Assembly: GCF_000737315.1 (NCBI RefSeq)
Contig: NZ_JMCB01000001.1
Coordinates: 20,001 to 268,000 of the forward strand
Length of the DNA stretch: 248,000 nucleotides
Direction of reading: 5' to 3'
DNA from: Hyalangium minutum
Lineage (GTDB): Bacteria > Myxococcota > Myxococcia > Myxococcales > Myxococcaceae
Made by a program: the position numbers and the translations under genes. The notes under the pieces were generated by a model, which saw nothing but the letters and a program-made list of their open reading frames with translations, made no database searches and was not told the origin of the DNA. The first letter of the stretch is position 1, and each line of letters starts with the position of its first letter. Of this stretch, positions 223,041 to 233,453 are shown piece after piece.

Positions 223041-223412
223041 ATGCGGCTGTGGATTGTCCTGGGCGCGGTGAACGCGTTCCTCTCGGTGGCGGCAGGGGCT
223101 TTCGGCGCGCACGGGCTGAAGGCACGGCTCTCCGCGGATCTCCTCGCCATCTTCGAGACCGGGGCCCGCTACCACATGTACCACGCGCTGGGGCTCATCG
223201 CGGTGGGGCTCGTGGCGCAGGCGCGGCCTGTAGGGCTGCTCACCGGTGCGGGTGTGGCCATGTTGGCGGGGATCGTCCTCTTCTCCGGCAGCCTGTACGC
223301 ACTGGCGCTCACGGGCGTTCGCGCCCTGGGAGCCATTACTCCCCTGGGAGGCCTGGGCTTCCTGGCCGGCTGGGCCCTGCTGGCGCTGGCTGTCTGGCGC
223401 GCCGGGCCCTGA
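223041..223412 (+). CDS. DUF423 membrane protein
   Basis: GAFGAHGL, FSGSLY, ITP.GG. Confidence 0.9.
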   Translation: MRLWIVLGAVNAFLSVAAGAFGAHGLKARLSADLLAIFETGARYHMYHALGLIAVGLVAQARPVGLLTGAGVAMLAGIVLFSGSLYALALTGVRALGAITPLGGLGFLAGWALLALAVWRAGP

Positions 223413-223415
223413 GCC

Positions 223416-223724
223416 TCACTTCACCTTCGGAGGCATGGGGTACATCAGATCGACCTCGGCGTGGTCGAACAGGCCTATCGCCTCGCGCTGGATGATGAGG
223501 TACCAGCGCTGGTGGTCTGCCTCCGCCCAGAGCTTCTGGTACTCCTCGACCTTCTTGGCGCGCGGGGGCCCGGCGAGCGTTCGCAGCTCGGGTTCGAGCT
223601 TCACCATCTGGCCAATCAGGATCTCCAGCTTGTCCCCGACGCGCCGGAGCGCGGAAGCCTTCTCCTGGCGAATCTGGACTTCAATCGCGAGCGGTGTGCC
223701 GATCGATGAGGATGACGAGGGCAT
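223416..223724 (-). CDS. Hypothetical protein
   Basis: EKA.AL.R.G, IQREA.G family pattern. Confidence 0.55.
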   Translation of the reverse strand: MPSSSSSIGTPLAIEVQIRQEKASALRRVGDKLEILIGQMVKLEPELRTLAGPPRAKKVEEYQKLWAEADHQRWYLIIQREAIGLFDHAEVDLMYPMPPKVK

Positions 223725-223733
223725 GGCGGAAAG

Positions 223734-225092
223734 CTAACGGCCCCCCGTGGGGCTGTCACCAGAGGGGGCCTCCGGAGCGGGGGCTGCCTCCTGAATTCCA
223801 TCGGTTGCGCTTATTGGCTGGGCCAGCCGAGGGAGCGAGGGCGAGGCGGGCCCGCCCGGCAGGAACGAGGCCACGGTGACGTCCTTCTGCCGCTTGCGGA
223901 GCTCCTTGTAATCCTCGATGGCCCGCTCCAGGCCCACATCCTTCTTCTCCCGCTCGGAGAGGAACCACTTGTGCTCCAGCACCTGGCAGTAGAGCTCGGA
224001 CAGCTCGGTCGCTCCTCGGACAGGCATGAGCTTCTGAACGGTCGGGTTGAAGCGCTCCTCCAACCAACGGAAGGCTGCGGTGCTCAGCGGGGTGCTGCGG
224101 TTGAGCTCGCGCGCCAGCGTGGCCTTGAGCTCCTGGATCTCGTTGAGCAGCAGCGTGGCCTGCTTCTCCTCGGCGACGATGCCCAGCAGGTTGTGGAGCT
224201 GGTGCCGGTGGTAGCTGCGGTCCGTGACGATGGTCCGCATGCGCAGGTGATCGCTCTCGCCGCTGGCCACCAGATCCACCTCCCCCACCGAGAACCCCAG
224301 GTCGTTCAGCGCGCGGATCCGCTCGTGGATGCGGTAGCTCTCGTTCGGCGCAATGGGGATCTCCTTGTTGATCTCCTCCCAGAGCCGCTCGTAGCGCTTG
224401 CGGATGGTGGGGCCGGTCTCGAAAACCTCCAGCGACGGGGGCAGCTCCACCACCGCCGCCAGATCCGCCAAACCGCCGGCGACGTTCTCCTCCATGATGT
224501 CCAGGTCGTGCAGGCGCTTGCCGTCCGACAGGTGCTCGTGCAGCTCGGAGGTCTCCGCGTCCACCGCGTAGGCCTGCAGCTCGCCCGCGTCCCGGCGGAA
224601 CAGCGTGTTGGAGAGGGAGCAGTCGCCCCAGTAGAAGCCGCCCAGGTGCAGGCGCACGAGCAGGCTGGCCATGGCGTCCAGCAGCCGCTCCCGGTAACGC
224701 TCCAAGCCCTGGTTCATGAAGAGCGTGCGGTACGGGAGCGAGCCCTCCAGGAAGCGGGTGATGAGCACGCTGCTCTCCTCCCCCTCTGAGAGCGTGGCGC
224801 TCGTGCGCGCCTTCACCAGTCCGACGGCCTCCACCGCCGGCAGCTCCCGCTCCTCGAGGCCTCGCAGCACCTCGTACTCGCGCTGGCCCACGCGCGGCGG
224901 CAGCTCCTTGAGGGCGTAGATGACCTTGCCGTAGCTGACGAAGAGCACCTCGTGGCGGGACAGACCACGCGGCACCTGGACCAGCCGGTTGCACTTCCCC
225001 TCCCACTCCGCGAGCGACAGGCTCCAGGGCAGGTCGAGGAAGTCCGGGTGCCCCTGGCGAATCTGGATGGCGGTGAGGCCGATGGGTGGCAT
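223734..225092 (-). CDS. DUF4032 / kinase-like protein
   Basis: LPW...[25 protein letters not shown]. Confidence 0.85.
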   Translation of the reverse strand: MPPIGLTAIQIRQGHPDFLDLPWSLSLAEWEGKCNRLVQVPRGLSRHEVLFVSYGKVIYALKELPPRVGQREYEVLRGLEERELPAVEAVGLVKARTSATLSEGEESSVLITRFLEGSLPYRTLFMNQGLERYRERLLDAMASLLVRLHLGGFYWGDCSLSNTLFRRDAGELQAYAVDAETSELHEHLSDGKRLHDLDIMEENVAGGLADLAAVVELPPSLEVFETGPTIRKRYERLWEEINKEIPIAPNESYRIHERIRALNDLGFSVGEVDLVASGESDHLRMRTIVTDRSYHRHQLHNLLGIVAEEKQATLLLNEIQELKATLARELNRSTPLSTAAFRWLEERFNPTVQKLMPVRGATELSELYCQVLEHKWFLSEREKKDVGLERAIEDYKELRKRQKDVTVASFLPGGPASPSLPRLAQPISATDGIQEAAPAPEAPSGDSPTGGR

Positions 225093-225153
225093 GGCGTCGC
225101 TTCCCGAGAACAGTGCGTGGCGCTGCACCCCAAGCATATTCTGCCCCGCGACC

Positions 225154-226470
225154 ATGCACGCCCTCCTCCCGCTGCTTGCCCTGGCGCTCTGTCTCGCGCC
225201 CGTCACCACGCCCGCTCAGCCCTCCTCCCCTGCTGCTCCGGCTCCCGCGCCTGCCCAGCCCGCCACCCTGCTGCGCCCGGCCCGCGTCTTCGACGGGGTC
225301 TCGGCCCAGCCGCGTGAGGGTTGGGTGGTGCTCGTCAGGGGAGATCGGATCGCCGCGGTAGCGCCCGCTGCCCAGGTGAGGCCCCCCGAGGGCGCCGAGG
225401 TCATCGATCTGCCCGACACCACGCTCCTGCCCGGTCTCATCGAGGGCCACTCGCACCTGCTGCTCCACCCGTACAACGAAGCGCCCTGGAACGATCAGGT
225501 GCTCAAGGAGTCACTCGCGCTGCGCGTCGCGCGGGCCACCCAGCATGCCCGCGCTACCCTCATGGCGGGCTTCACCACGATTCGGGACCTGGGCACCGAG
225601 GGCGCTGGGGACGCGGACGTGGGACTCAAGCAGGCCATCCATCAGGGCATCATCCCCGGCCCCCGGATGAAGGTCACCACGCGGGCCCTCGTGGCCACCG
225701 GCAGCTATGGGCCCAAGGGACTCGCCGTGGAGTGGGAGGTGCCACAAGGCGCCGAGGAGGCGGATGGCGTGGACGCGCTCATCCGCGCTGTGCGGGGGCA
225801 GATCGGCCGCGGGGCGGACTGGATCAAGGTTTACGGGGACTACCGCTGGGGCCCCAAGGGTGAGGCGCGGCCCACGTACTCGGAGGCGGAGCTGCGGCTC
225901 ATCGTCGAGACGGCGCGCGACAGCGGCCGCCCGGTGGTGGTGCATGCATCCACGGCCGAGGGCATCCGCCGCGCGGTGATGGCGGGGGTGGAGACCATCG
226001 AGCACGGCGACGAGGCGACGCCCGAGGTGCTCAAGCTCATGGCCCAGCGAGGGGTAATGCTTTGCCCCACCCTCTCCGCCCAGGAGGCGAACCTGGGGTA
226101 CGGCGGGTGGAAGAAGGGCGTCAGCCCGGAGCCGGAGTCCGTGCGCAAGAAGCGCGAGGCCTTTCGCGCCGCGCTGGCCTCGGGCGTGACGATCTGCAAC
226201 GGCAGTGACTCGGGCGTCTTCGCGCACGGCGACAACGCGCGAGAGCTGGAGCTGATGGTGGAGTACGGCATGGCTCCCACGCAGGCGCTCCGGGCGGCCA
226301 CCTCCGTCAACGCGCGCATGTTGCACATGGAAGACCAGCTCGGGCAGGTAAAGGAGGGGCTGCTGGCGGACCTCGTCGCGGTGCGAGGCGATCCCACGCG
226401 CGACATTTCTACCCTGCGCCAGGTGCGGCTCGTGATGAAGGGCGGGAAGGTGTACCGCCGCGAGCCCTGA
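225154..226470 (+). CDS. Secreted metal-dependent amidohydrolase
   Basis: PGLIEGH.H, IEHG, GSD.G. Confidence 0.88.
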   Translation: MHALLPLLALALCLAPVTTPAQPSSPAAPAPAPAQPATLLRPARVFDGVSAQPREGWVVLVRGDRIAAVAPAAQVRPPEGAEVIDLPDTTLLPGLIEGHSHLLLHPYNEAPWNDQVLKESLALRVARATQHARATLMAGFTTIRDLGTEGAGDADVGLKQAIHQGIIPGPRMKVTTRALVATGSYGPKGLAVEWEVPQGAEEADGVDALIRAVRGQIGRGADWIKVYGDYRWGPKGEARPTYSEAELRLIVETARDSGRPVVVHASTAEGIRRAVMAGVETIEHGDEATPEVLKLMAQRGVMLCPTLSAQEANLGYGGWKKGVSPEPESVRKKREAFRAALASGVTICNGSDSGVFAHGDNARELELMVEYGMAPTQALRAATSVNARMLHMEDQLGQVKEGLLADLVAVRGDPTRDISTLRQVRLVMKGGKVYRREP

Positions 226471-226498
226471 GCTTTAACATTGATGGGATTCTCGGGAG

Positions 226499-226562
226499 GG
226501 AGGCGGCGGGAATCGAACCCGCCGCTTGGAGCTTCTGGCGAGCGCGCCTCAACTCGGTCAAG
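226499..226562 (-). repeat. tmRNA/tRNA 3'-end-like repeat, copy (attR-like)
   Basis: reverse complement gaccgagttgaggcgcgctcgccagaagctccaagcggcgggttcgattcccgccgcctcc, near match to 116-176. Confidence 0.75.
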
Positions 226563-226573
226563 CGCGGGCCCCT

Positions 226574-226690
226574 TACCTTAGAAGAGTGCGGAGTGCTGGC
226601 CCACGGCTTCGCGCGGGTGCGGTGTGGAAGTTGTAAGGACGAACTTCTGTCGCCTTCTCATGCAAGGGGCGAAGAGTGTGCCTTCCTTGA
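226574..226690 (+). pseudogene. IS91-family transposase zinc-binding domain remnant
   Basis: ECGVLAHGFARVRCGSCKDEL / VAFSCKGR / VCPS with frameshifts. Confidence 0.75.
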
Positions 226691-226743
226691 GGAAGCCCGC
226701 AAGGCCCACGCCCGCGACGAGCAGTCACAGGGTCACCAGCCCC

Positions 226744-229700
226744 TCACGGAGACCTGAGTCGGCGCCGGCGAAGCGCCAGGGCCAGTGTCAACAAAGCCCA
226801 GGTGACAGGGGACGCGGAGGCGCTGGAGCAACCCCAGCCGTAATGGCTCTGCTGGACCGCGAAGACATGATCGACGCGCTGGCTCTCATTGCCAGCCTTA
226901 TCTCTGGCGATGGTGGAGACGACATGTTTCCCGACTGCCAGATCACTCGATGGGGTGAACATCCAGACCTCCGACTCATCGACGTCAACCTCGTCCACCT
227001 TCGTCCCATTCAGCCACACCTCCACCGTGCTCTCTCGCTCGGCGGTTCCACGAATGGTAGGCCTTCTGCTGGTGGCGAATTCCCCAGGCGCAGTCACTTG
227101 GGGCTCCGCTGGCGCCAGAGAATCAATGGTGAAGTCGAACGGCTTCGAAAGAGAGCTGATATTCTTCGCCAGATCCGCAGCGGTGGCAGTGATCTGGTGG
227201 GAGCCCTCATTCAGGGCGGGGGACGGGAAGGACCAACCGCCCGACGCACTCGCAACGGCTATCCCAGCTACCTCCCCATCCACCAGCACTGTCACCGTGC
227301 TCTCGGCCTCCGCTCTCCCCGTAAAGTTTAGACTCAAGTCTTTGATGGAACCCGCGGTTGCAGTGATCTCTGGGGCTGCTGGCGCCAGCGTGTCGACCCC
227401 AAAGCTAATGGGAGCGGAGACAGGGCTGACGTTGCCCGCTGCATCCATGGAGGTGGCCGTGACCTGGTGGGGCCCGTCGAGCAGCGCCGTGGTCGGGAAG
227501 TCCCAGCCGCCTGACGCTCTCACGATGGCTGTCCCGACCACGACCCCATCTAGAGACACCGTCACCGTGCTTTCGGCCTCTGCCGTTCCGGAAATGATGG
227601 GTCCCTGAGTATTGATGAATTCCCCGAGCGTGCTCAACACAGGTGCCGCTGGCTTCGACACGTCCACCTTGAAGCTGCGGGTCGGGGAGGCAGAACCCAT
227701 ATTGCCCGCCTCATCTGCGGCGGTAGCTGTGACTTGATGGGAGCCCTCTACCAGTTCCGTGGTTGGTATGGCGGCCCAGTCTCCCGCACTGTTCGCCATA
227801 GTCTTTCCCACAATGATCCCATCCAGCGAAACCGTGACGATGCTACTTGGCTCAGCCGTCCCGACGATGATTGGCTTCCGGGCATTGACGAGGTCCCCAG
227901 GTACAGTCACCGCTGGCGCACCTGGCTCCACGGTGTCAACCACGAAGGTACGGGCTTCGGACACAGGGCTGACATTGCCTGCCGCATCCATGGCGGTGGC
228001 ATGGACCTGCTGGACGCCATCGGTCAGCCCTGTGGCAGGGGTGAAACTCCAAGCTCCTCTGACATTGGCTGTGGCTGTGCCTGCCTCCGTGCCATCCAGG
228101 AATACCGTCACCGTGCTGTCGGCCTCCGCCGTCCCTCCAAGAATGGGCGTCGGCGTGTTGACGAATGCCGGAGGCGCGCTCATCAAGGGAGCACCTGGCG
228201 GCCTGGTGTCCACCGTGAACCTGTTGGTGTTGGAGCCGAAGCTGGTGTTGCCCGCCGCATCCCGTGCCGTGGCGCTCACCGGGTGTGCGCCATCAGCCAA
228301 CGGCGTGGTCGGCGTGAAGTTCCAGTTGCCGCTGGCATTGGCCGTGGTGGTGCCCACCGGCGTGCCGTCCACGATGACCGTCACCGTGCTGCCTGGCTCG
228401 GCGGTGCCCGTGTAGTCCGGGGTGTTGTCGTTGGTGCGCGAGCCATTGGCCGGTGTCACCACCACCGGAGCCGCCGGAGGCGTGGCGTCCACGATGAACG
228501 TGTTGGTGTTGGAGCCGGGGCTGGTGTTGCCCGCCGCATCCCGTGCCGTGGCGCTCACCGGGTGTGCGCCATCGGCCAGCGATATGGTCGGCGTGAAGTT
228601 CCAGTTGCCGCTGGCATTGGCCGTGGTGGTGCCCACCAGCGTGCCGTCCACGATGACCGTCACCGTGCTGCCCGGCTCGGCAGCGGTGCCCGTGTAGTCC
228701 GGGGTGTTGTCGTTGGTGAGCGAGCCGTTGGCCGGCGTCACCACCACCGGAGCCGCCGGAGGCGTGGTGTCCACGATGAACATGTTGGTGTTGCTCGACA
228801 CGCTCTGCACACCCTCGGTCGTGTTGACAGCCACGGCGCTCACCGTGTGCGAGTCGGGCGCCAGGGGCGTCGTGGGGGTGAAGCTCCAGTTGCCAGCGGC
228901 ATCCGGCGTCGCCGAGCCCACTGTCACCCCGTCCACGATGACGGACACCGTGGTCCCCGTGGGGAACGGCTGGGCGAGCGTGCCCATGTAGGTGAGCGTC
229001 GTGTTGTTGGTCGAGGAGCCGTTGGCCGGCGTGACTACCACCGGCGCGGGCAGCACGGGGAAGCCACCGGTCAGCGTGGCCGTGGCGCCTGCGGTTCCGG
229101 GCTGCGCGCCGTAAAAGGCGCCCAGCGGAGACGAGGAGTTCGCCTGCACGCCGGCGTTCCCGGTGTTGACGGCAAAGGTCGGCAGGGCGCAGGTGCCACT
229201 CCCCTTCTGGAAGATGATACGGCCACCGCCGCCCGCGCCACCCGGACCGACGTCGAAGCCCGAGTTGGAGCTGCCGCCGTTGCCTCCAATGGCCGTGATG
229301 TTTCCGCATGTCGCAGCTGCGGCGACGCGCAGGTAGATGGTGCCGCCGCCGCCACCGCCGCTCGAACCATCCTGACCGCTGGCGTTGCCGCCCGGATCGC
229401 CGTTGGCCGACATCGACCCGGCACCCGAGATCGCTCCGACGCGGGCGAAGATGATGCCACCGCCCCGGCCACCGGCTGCGGTGCCACCCGAGGAGTGACC
229501 CGCACCGCCGCCCCCGCCCATGAGCAGGTGGTTGAACTTGCTGGAGGACGTATAGGTCAGCCCCAAGCCTCCAGTTCCTCCCACGGCCCGGCTGCCATCA
229601 TTGCTGTTACCGCCCAGGCCGCCGCCACCGACGTGAGCGCCACCACCGCCGCCCGAGCTGTCACACACGCCACCGCCACCACCGGTGGTCACATGCCCGC

Positions 229701-230430
229701 GCCCCGTAACCGAGGAGCCGTACCGGGTGAAGGCGATGCCCTCACCCTTCTGCGCTCCCTTCGGAGGAGCCTCATCCAGCCCCGTGCAGCCCACGTCGCC
229801 GCTGGCGTCCTCCACCGGCTGCCCACTGCGGAAGCCACGGCCCGCGGCGTTGAGAGCGGGAATGCCCCCGCTGGTCATCAAGGTCCCCGAGACCAGGAAG
229901 GCCAGCACGCCGCCGGTGCTACCATCCCACATAGAGGGGGCAAGGCTGCGGGCAGCCGGGATGGTGAGGTTGAGGTACTCGGGCACCCGGACGACCTGGG
230001 TGACGTTGGCCGCGTAGCTGTAGAGCAGCGGTGCCGTCAGGTTCACCGTGGAGCCCGCCACGGTGGTCACCCGCACGAACTCCCAGCGGCCCACAGGCTG
230101 GTTGGTGTCGATGGTGATGGCGGTCGTATCTCCTCTGGGAGGCTCCGGGACGATGCCCGTCATCTGGATCACCACCAGCAGATCGCCCGCCGCGATCGGA
230201 TCAGCAGCCCCAGTGGAGGCCCCGATCTGGATGGCGGTGTCGCCCGGCGCCAGAGGCGCCGTCACCCGGGCGTAGGTGTTGATGATCTGGTTGGCAGTGC
230301 TGATCGTGGGTGGGGTGTCATCGCCACGGCCCAGGCCCACGTTGTCCGGGCCGGCCAGCGCGGGCAGCGCGCACAGGGTGAGCGCCAGCAGCGCGGTGTG
230401 GAGGATGTATTTCCAAGACATGCCCTTCAT
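226744..230430 (-). CDS. Large surface protein: Gly-rich N-terminal domain, tandem Ig-like repeats, MYXO-CTERM-like tail
   Basis: signal peptide; VDT.PP.APV...GTAE..STVTV..DG repeats; GWGC+TM+RRRR. Confidence 0.85.
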   Translation of the reverse strand: MKGMSWKYILHTALLALTLCALPALAGPDNVGLGRGDDTPPTISTANQIINTYARVTAPLAPGDTAIQIGASTGAADPIAAGDLLVVIQMTGIVPEPPRGDTTAITIDTNQPVGRWEFVRVTTVAGSTVNLTAPLLYSYAANVTQVVRVPEYLNLTIPAARSLAPSMWDGSTGGVLAFLVSGTLMTSGGIPALNAAGRGFRSGQPVEDASGDVGCTGLDEAPPKGAQKGEGIAFTRYGSSVTGRGHVTTGGGGGVCDSSGGGGGAHVGGGGLGGNSNDGSRAVGGTGGLGLTYTSSSKFNHLLMGGGGGAGHSSGGTAAGGRGGGIIFARVGAISGAGSMSANGDPGGNASGQDGSSGGGGGGTIYLRVAAAATCGNITAIGGNGGSSNSGFDVGPGGAGGGGRIIFQKGSGTCALPTFAVNTGNAGVQANSSSPLGAFYGAQPGTAGATATLTGGFPVLPAPVVVTPANGSSTNNTTLTYMGTLAQPFPTGTTVSVIVDGVTVGSATPDAAGNWSFTPTTPLAPDSHTVSAVAVNTTEGVQSVSSNTNMFIVDTTPPAAPVVVTPANGSLTNDNTPDYTGTAAEPGSTVTVIVDGTLVGTTTANASGNWNFTPTISLADGAHPVSATARDAAGNTSPGSNTNTFIVDATPPAAPVVVTPANGSRTNDNTPDYTGTAEPGSTVTVIVDGTPVGTTTANASGNWNFTPTTPLADGAHPVSATARDAAGNTSFGSNTNRFTVDTRPPGAPLMSAPPAFVNTPTPILGGTAEADSTVTVFLDGTEAGTATANVRGAWSFTPATGLTDGVQQVHATAMDAAGNVSPVSEARTFVVDTVEPGAPAVTVPGDLVNARKPIIVGTAEPSSIVTVSLDGIIVGKTMANSAGDWAAIPTTELVEGSHQVTATAADEAGNMGSASPTRSFKVDVSKPAAPVLSTLGEFINTQGPIISGTAEAESTVTVSLDGVVVGTAIVRASGGWDFPTTALLDGPHQVTATSMDAAGNVSPVSAPISFGVDTLAPAAPEITATAGSIKDLSLNFTGRAEAESTVTVLVDGEVAGIAVASASGGWSFPSPALNEGSHQITATAADLAKNISSLSKPFDFTIDSLAPAEPQVTAPGEFATSRRPTIRGTAERESTVEVWLNGTKVDEVDVDESEVWMFTPSSDLAVGKHVVSTIARDKAGNESQRVDHVFAVQQSHYGWGCSSASASPVTWALLTLALALRRRRLRSP

Positions 230431-230905
230431 GTATCGCTTCCCTCACACCCGCCAGAGATTCACGGAACGGCGGGTGTGCAGACAAGCAATGCAAGAGTCG
230501 GACCTGAACATGCTGGTGCGCGTTCGGGCGAGCTGGGCACTCGCCGAACACGTGAACGGAAGCTGGACGTCGGCTGTCGCGGCCTGTCGTCAATTGACGC
230601 GCAAGCGCTCGCGGCTGACGCGTCAATTGCGGCGGCGCCGCAATCACCTGAGCAGCACCAGACTCCCGGCCCAGAAAGCCCAGAGCGTGTGGCGCCAAGC
230701 CAGCAGCAGGGATTGTCAAAAACACCAGCAACCCGCCTTGCCTTGAGCAGACGTTGGGCAAAACTTCGGTGTGCCCCACGCCGACTGCGCGGTTCGGAGG
230801 CCCCCTTCAGCCGCTCTCCGCTGCCACTCTATGCCCCTCCCTCACATGCAACAGTGCCCCCCTTCCTCAGACCGAGAGCGCTTGAAAGCGGCGGAGTGCC
230901 CTGCT

Positions 230906-230952
230906 TGGGAGCGTCGGCAATCGAACCCGCCGCTCGGAGCTTCTGACGAGTC
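230906..230952 (-). repeat. tmRNA/tRNA 3'-end-like repeat, degenerate copy
   Basis: reverse complement ctcgtcagaagctccgagcggcgggttcgattgccgacgctcc. Confidence 0.6.
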
Positions 230953-231275
230953 GCCAGCGACGACAGTGGCGAGCGCGGGCTCTTCGTTTCTCGCTGCTCT
231001 CGATCTGTTCGGTTTCGTGTTGGGGGAACACCGGTCGGTTGCAAGGAGCGTCGCGTAGACGAAGACGCGCGCGGACGCGCCACGCTGGCTCCTGGGCGTT
231101 CATGGCTGCCCCCCGCTGCCATCGACAGGCCAGCAGAAGCCCATGCGCGCGCAAGACGATCTCGAATGTTATTTGGACTCCGCGTTATGGATCGTCCAGT
231201 TGTGCGGCGATACAAGAGGAGGGCGAACCAACACGCCGGGCTCAACGCCAGACGACTTCACCCAGGAGAGATGCC

Positions 231276-231596
231276 ATGTCCCAACTGAGGATCCATGCGA
231301 CCCACGGCTTCCACGCCACGATGACGGCCCGTCCAGGGAAGGCCGATGAGCTGATTGACCTCTTGCTCAGCGGAGCGCCGACGGGCAACGCGAACTGCCT
231401 CCTCTACCTCGTCGGGCGCTCGGCCAGCGATCCCAACGCCGTTCACGTCACCGAAGGCTGGACCACCCAAGAGGCCCACGCCGAGAACTTCGCGCGCGCG
231501 CAGTCGCAGTCGCTGGTCGCCAAGATCGCGCCGCTCGTGACTGGCGGCGCCCACTATCAGGACGTCATCACGATGGGAGGCACGCTCCGCAGATGA
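231276..231596 (+). CDS. Antibiotic biosynthesis monooxygenase family protein
   Basis: A.PGK.DEL, V.E.W...EAH. Confidence 0.75.
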   Translation: MSQLRIHATHGFHATMTARPGKADELIDLLLSGAPTGNANCLLYLVGRSASDPNAVHVTEGWTTQEAHAENFARAQSQSLVAKIAPLVTGGAHYQDVITMGGTLRR

Positions 231597-231712
231597 CCAG
231601 GGGGCGGCGACGCTCCACGAGCGACGACGTCTCCGCGAGGAGCACGGTCGTCAAATCATCCATCGCGCGCTGCAACAGCTACGGCGCCCAGCTCTGAACT
231701 CTGAAACGGAGA

Positions 231713-232462
231713 ATGTCTATGAAGAATGTCCTCATTACGGGTTGCTCTTCCGGGTACGGCCTCGAAACGGCGCGCTACTTCCACGAACGAGGCTGGCGCG
231801 TCGTTGCCACCATGCGAAAGCCGCGTGAAGACGTGCTGCCGCGCTCGGAGCGCCTTCGAATCGTTGCTCTCGACGTGACAAACGCCGCGAGCATCCAGGC
231901 GGCGATCGAAGCGAGCGGACCGATCGACGTCCTCGTCAACAACGCGGGCATCGGCGCCATCGGCGCGTTCGAGGCGATGCCGATGTCGATCGTGCGCGAG
232001 ATGTTCGAGACCAACACCCTCGGGGTCATTGCGATGACACAGGCCGTGGTGCCTCAGTTTCGACAGCGGCAATCGGGTGTGGTGGTGAACGTCACGTCGA
232101 GCGTGACGCTTGCGCCGATGCCGCTGGCCGCCGTCTACACCGCGACCAAGATGGCCATCGAAGGCTTCACCGCGTCGCTCGCACTGGAGCTCGAGTCCTT
232201 CAATGTCCGCGCCAAGCTCGTCGAGCCTGGCTACTGCCCGACGACCGCTTTCACTCGGAACTCTGGGCCACGAATGGAAGGGAACATTCCGGACGCGTAC
232301 GCGGCCTTCGCTCAGCGGGTTCTCGGTGACTTCACCCAGCAGCCGGTCGTGACGAAGGAGTCCGATGTCGCCGAGGTCGTCTATCGCGCTGCGAACGACG
232401 CCTCCGCACAGCTCCGCTTTCCCGCCGGGTCCGACGCGGTGGCTCTGGCTCAGGCGAAGTGA
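231713..232462 (+). CDS. SDR oxidoreductase
   Basis: TGCSSG.G, NNAG, Y.ATK. Confidence 0.9.
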   Translation: MSMKNVLITGCSSGYGLETARYFHERGWRVVATMRKPREDVLPRSERLRIVALDVTNAASIQAAIEASGPIDVLVNNAGIGAIGAFEAMPMSIVREMFETNTLGVIAMTQAVVPQFRQRQSGVVVNVTSSVTLAPMPLAAVYTATKMAIEGFTASLALELESFNVRAKLVEPGYCPTTAFTRNSGPRMEGNIPDAYAAFAQRVLGDFTQQPVVTKESDVAEVVYRAANDASAQLRFPAGSDAVALAQAK

Positions 232463-232474
232463 CGGAGTGCATCC

Positions 232475-233413
232475 ATGAACACCCTCCATCTCGTTGATCC
232501 CGCCGTCCGCGACTTCGTCGCCTCCGCAGGCCTCTTCGATCCCGAGCGCGACCCGCTCGAGCTCTTCCGCAAGCAGTTGCTTGCGTCGTACGCGCAGATG
232601 GCACCAGCGATGCCGGATGCACGAGAAGAGCGCTGGGTCCCCGGACTGCGTGAGGTTCGCGTGCTGATGTACCGTCCGAATGCCGGGCCCCCGCCGTCAC
232701 GAGCCATCGTCTACGTGCATGGCGGCGGCTTCATCGCGGGCGCCGCAGAAATGACAGACGCCATGTGCGTCCAACTCGCGAACGAGCACCGCGCGCTCAT
232801 CGTGAGCGTGGACTATCGCCTCGCGCCGGAGAGTCCGTTCCCCGGTCCCGTCGAGGAGTGCTACGCCGCCCTCTCATGGGTCCTGAAGGAGTCTCCCTCT
232901 CTTGGGATCAATCCCGCACGGGTCATCCTGCTGGGACACAGTGCGGGCGGAGGTCTCGCGGCGGCGACGGCGCTCCTGCATCGAGATCGTGGAGGCGCGC
233001 TTCTCGCTGGGCAGGTGCTCGTCTACCCCATGCTCGACGCGCGGACGGGAACGCCGGAGGCGCCCGTCGACAATCCGACCACTGGCGAGTTCGGATGGAC
233101 GCGAGCGATCAACCGCTTCGCTTGGCAGGCAATGCGAGGCGGCGCATCCATCCCGAGCGAGCGCCAAGGTCACTACTCGCCGTCTCTCGCGAGCGACCTC
233201 ACCCACCTGCCTCCGACGTTCCTGGCCGTCGGGTCCGTCGACCTCTTCTTCGAAGAGGATATTGCATACGGGATGCGCCTCTCGCGTGCAGGCGTGCCGG
233301 TCGAGCTCCACGTGTACCAGGGCGGTATCCACGGCTTCGACTTCTTCCCCGGGAGCACGACGGACCGCTTCTCCGCGGAGCTGCGCGCGGCGATTGCGCG
233401 CCTGCTCGGGTGA
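232475..233413 (+). CDS. Alpha/beta hydrolase (HSL family esterase)
   Basis: HGGGF, GHSAGG, HGF. Confidence 0.9.
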   Translation: MNTLHLVDPAVRDFVASAGLFDPERDPLELFRKQLLASYAQMAPAMPDAREERWVPGLREVRVLMYRPNAGPPPSRAIVYVHGGGFIAGAAEMTDAMCVQLANEHRALIVSVDYRLAPESPFPGPVEECYAALSWVLKESPSLGINPARVILLGHSAGGGLAAATALLHRDRGGALLAGQVLVYPMLDARTGTPEAPVDNPTTGEFGWTRAINRFAWQAMRGGASIPSERQGHYSPSLASDLTHLPPTFLAVGSVDLFFEEDIAYGMRLSRAGVPVELHVYQGGIHGFDFFPGSTTDRFSAELRAAIARLLG

Positions 233414-233453
233414 TTCCGAAACACGGGAGACGCGCTATGATATCGGGCCTATC

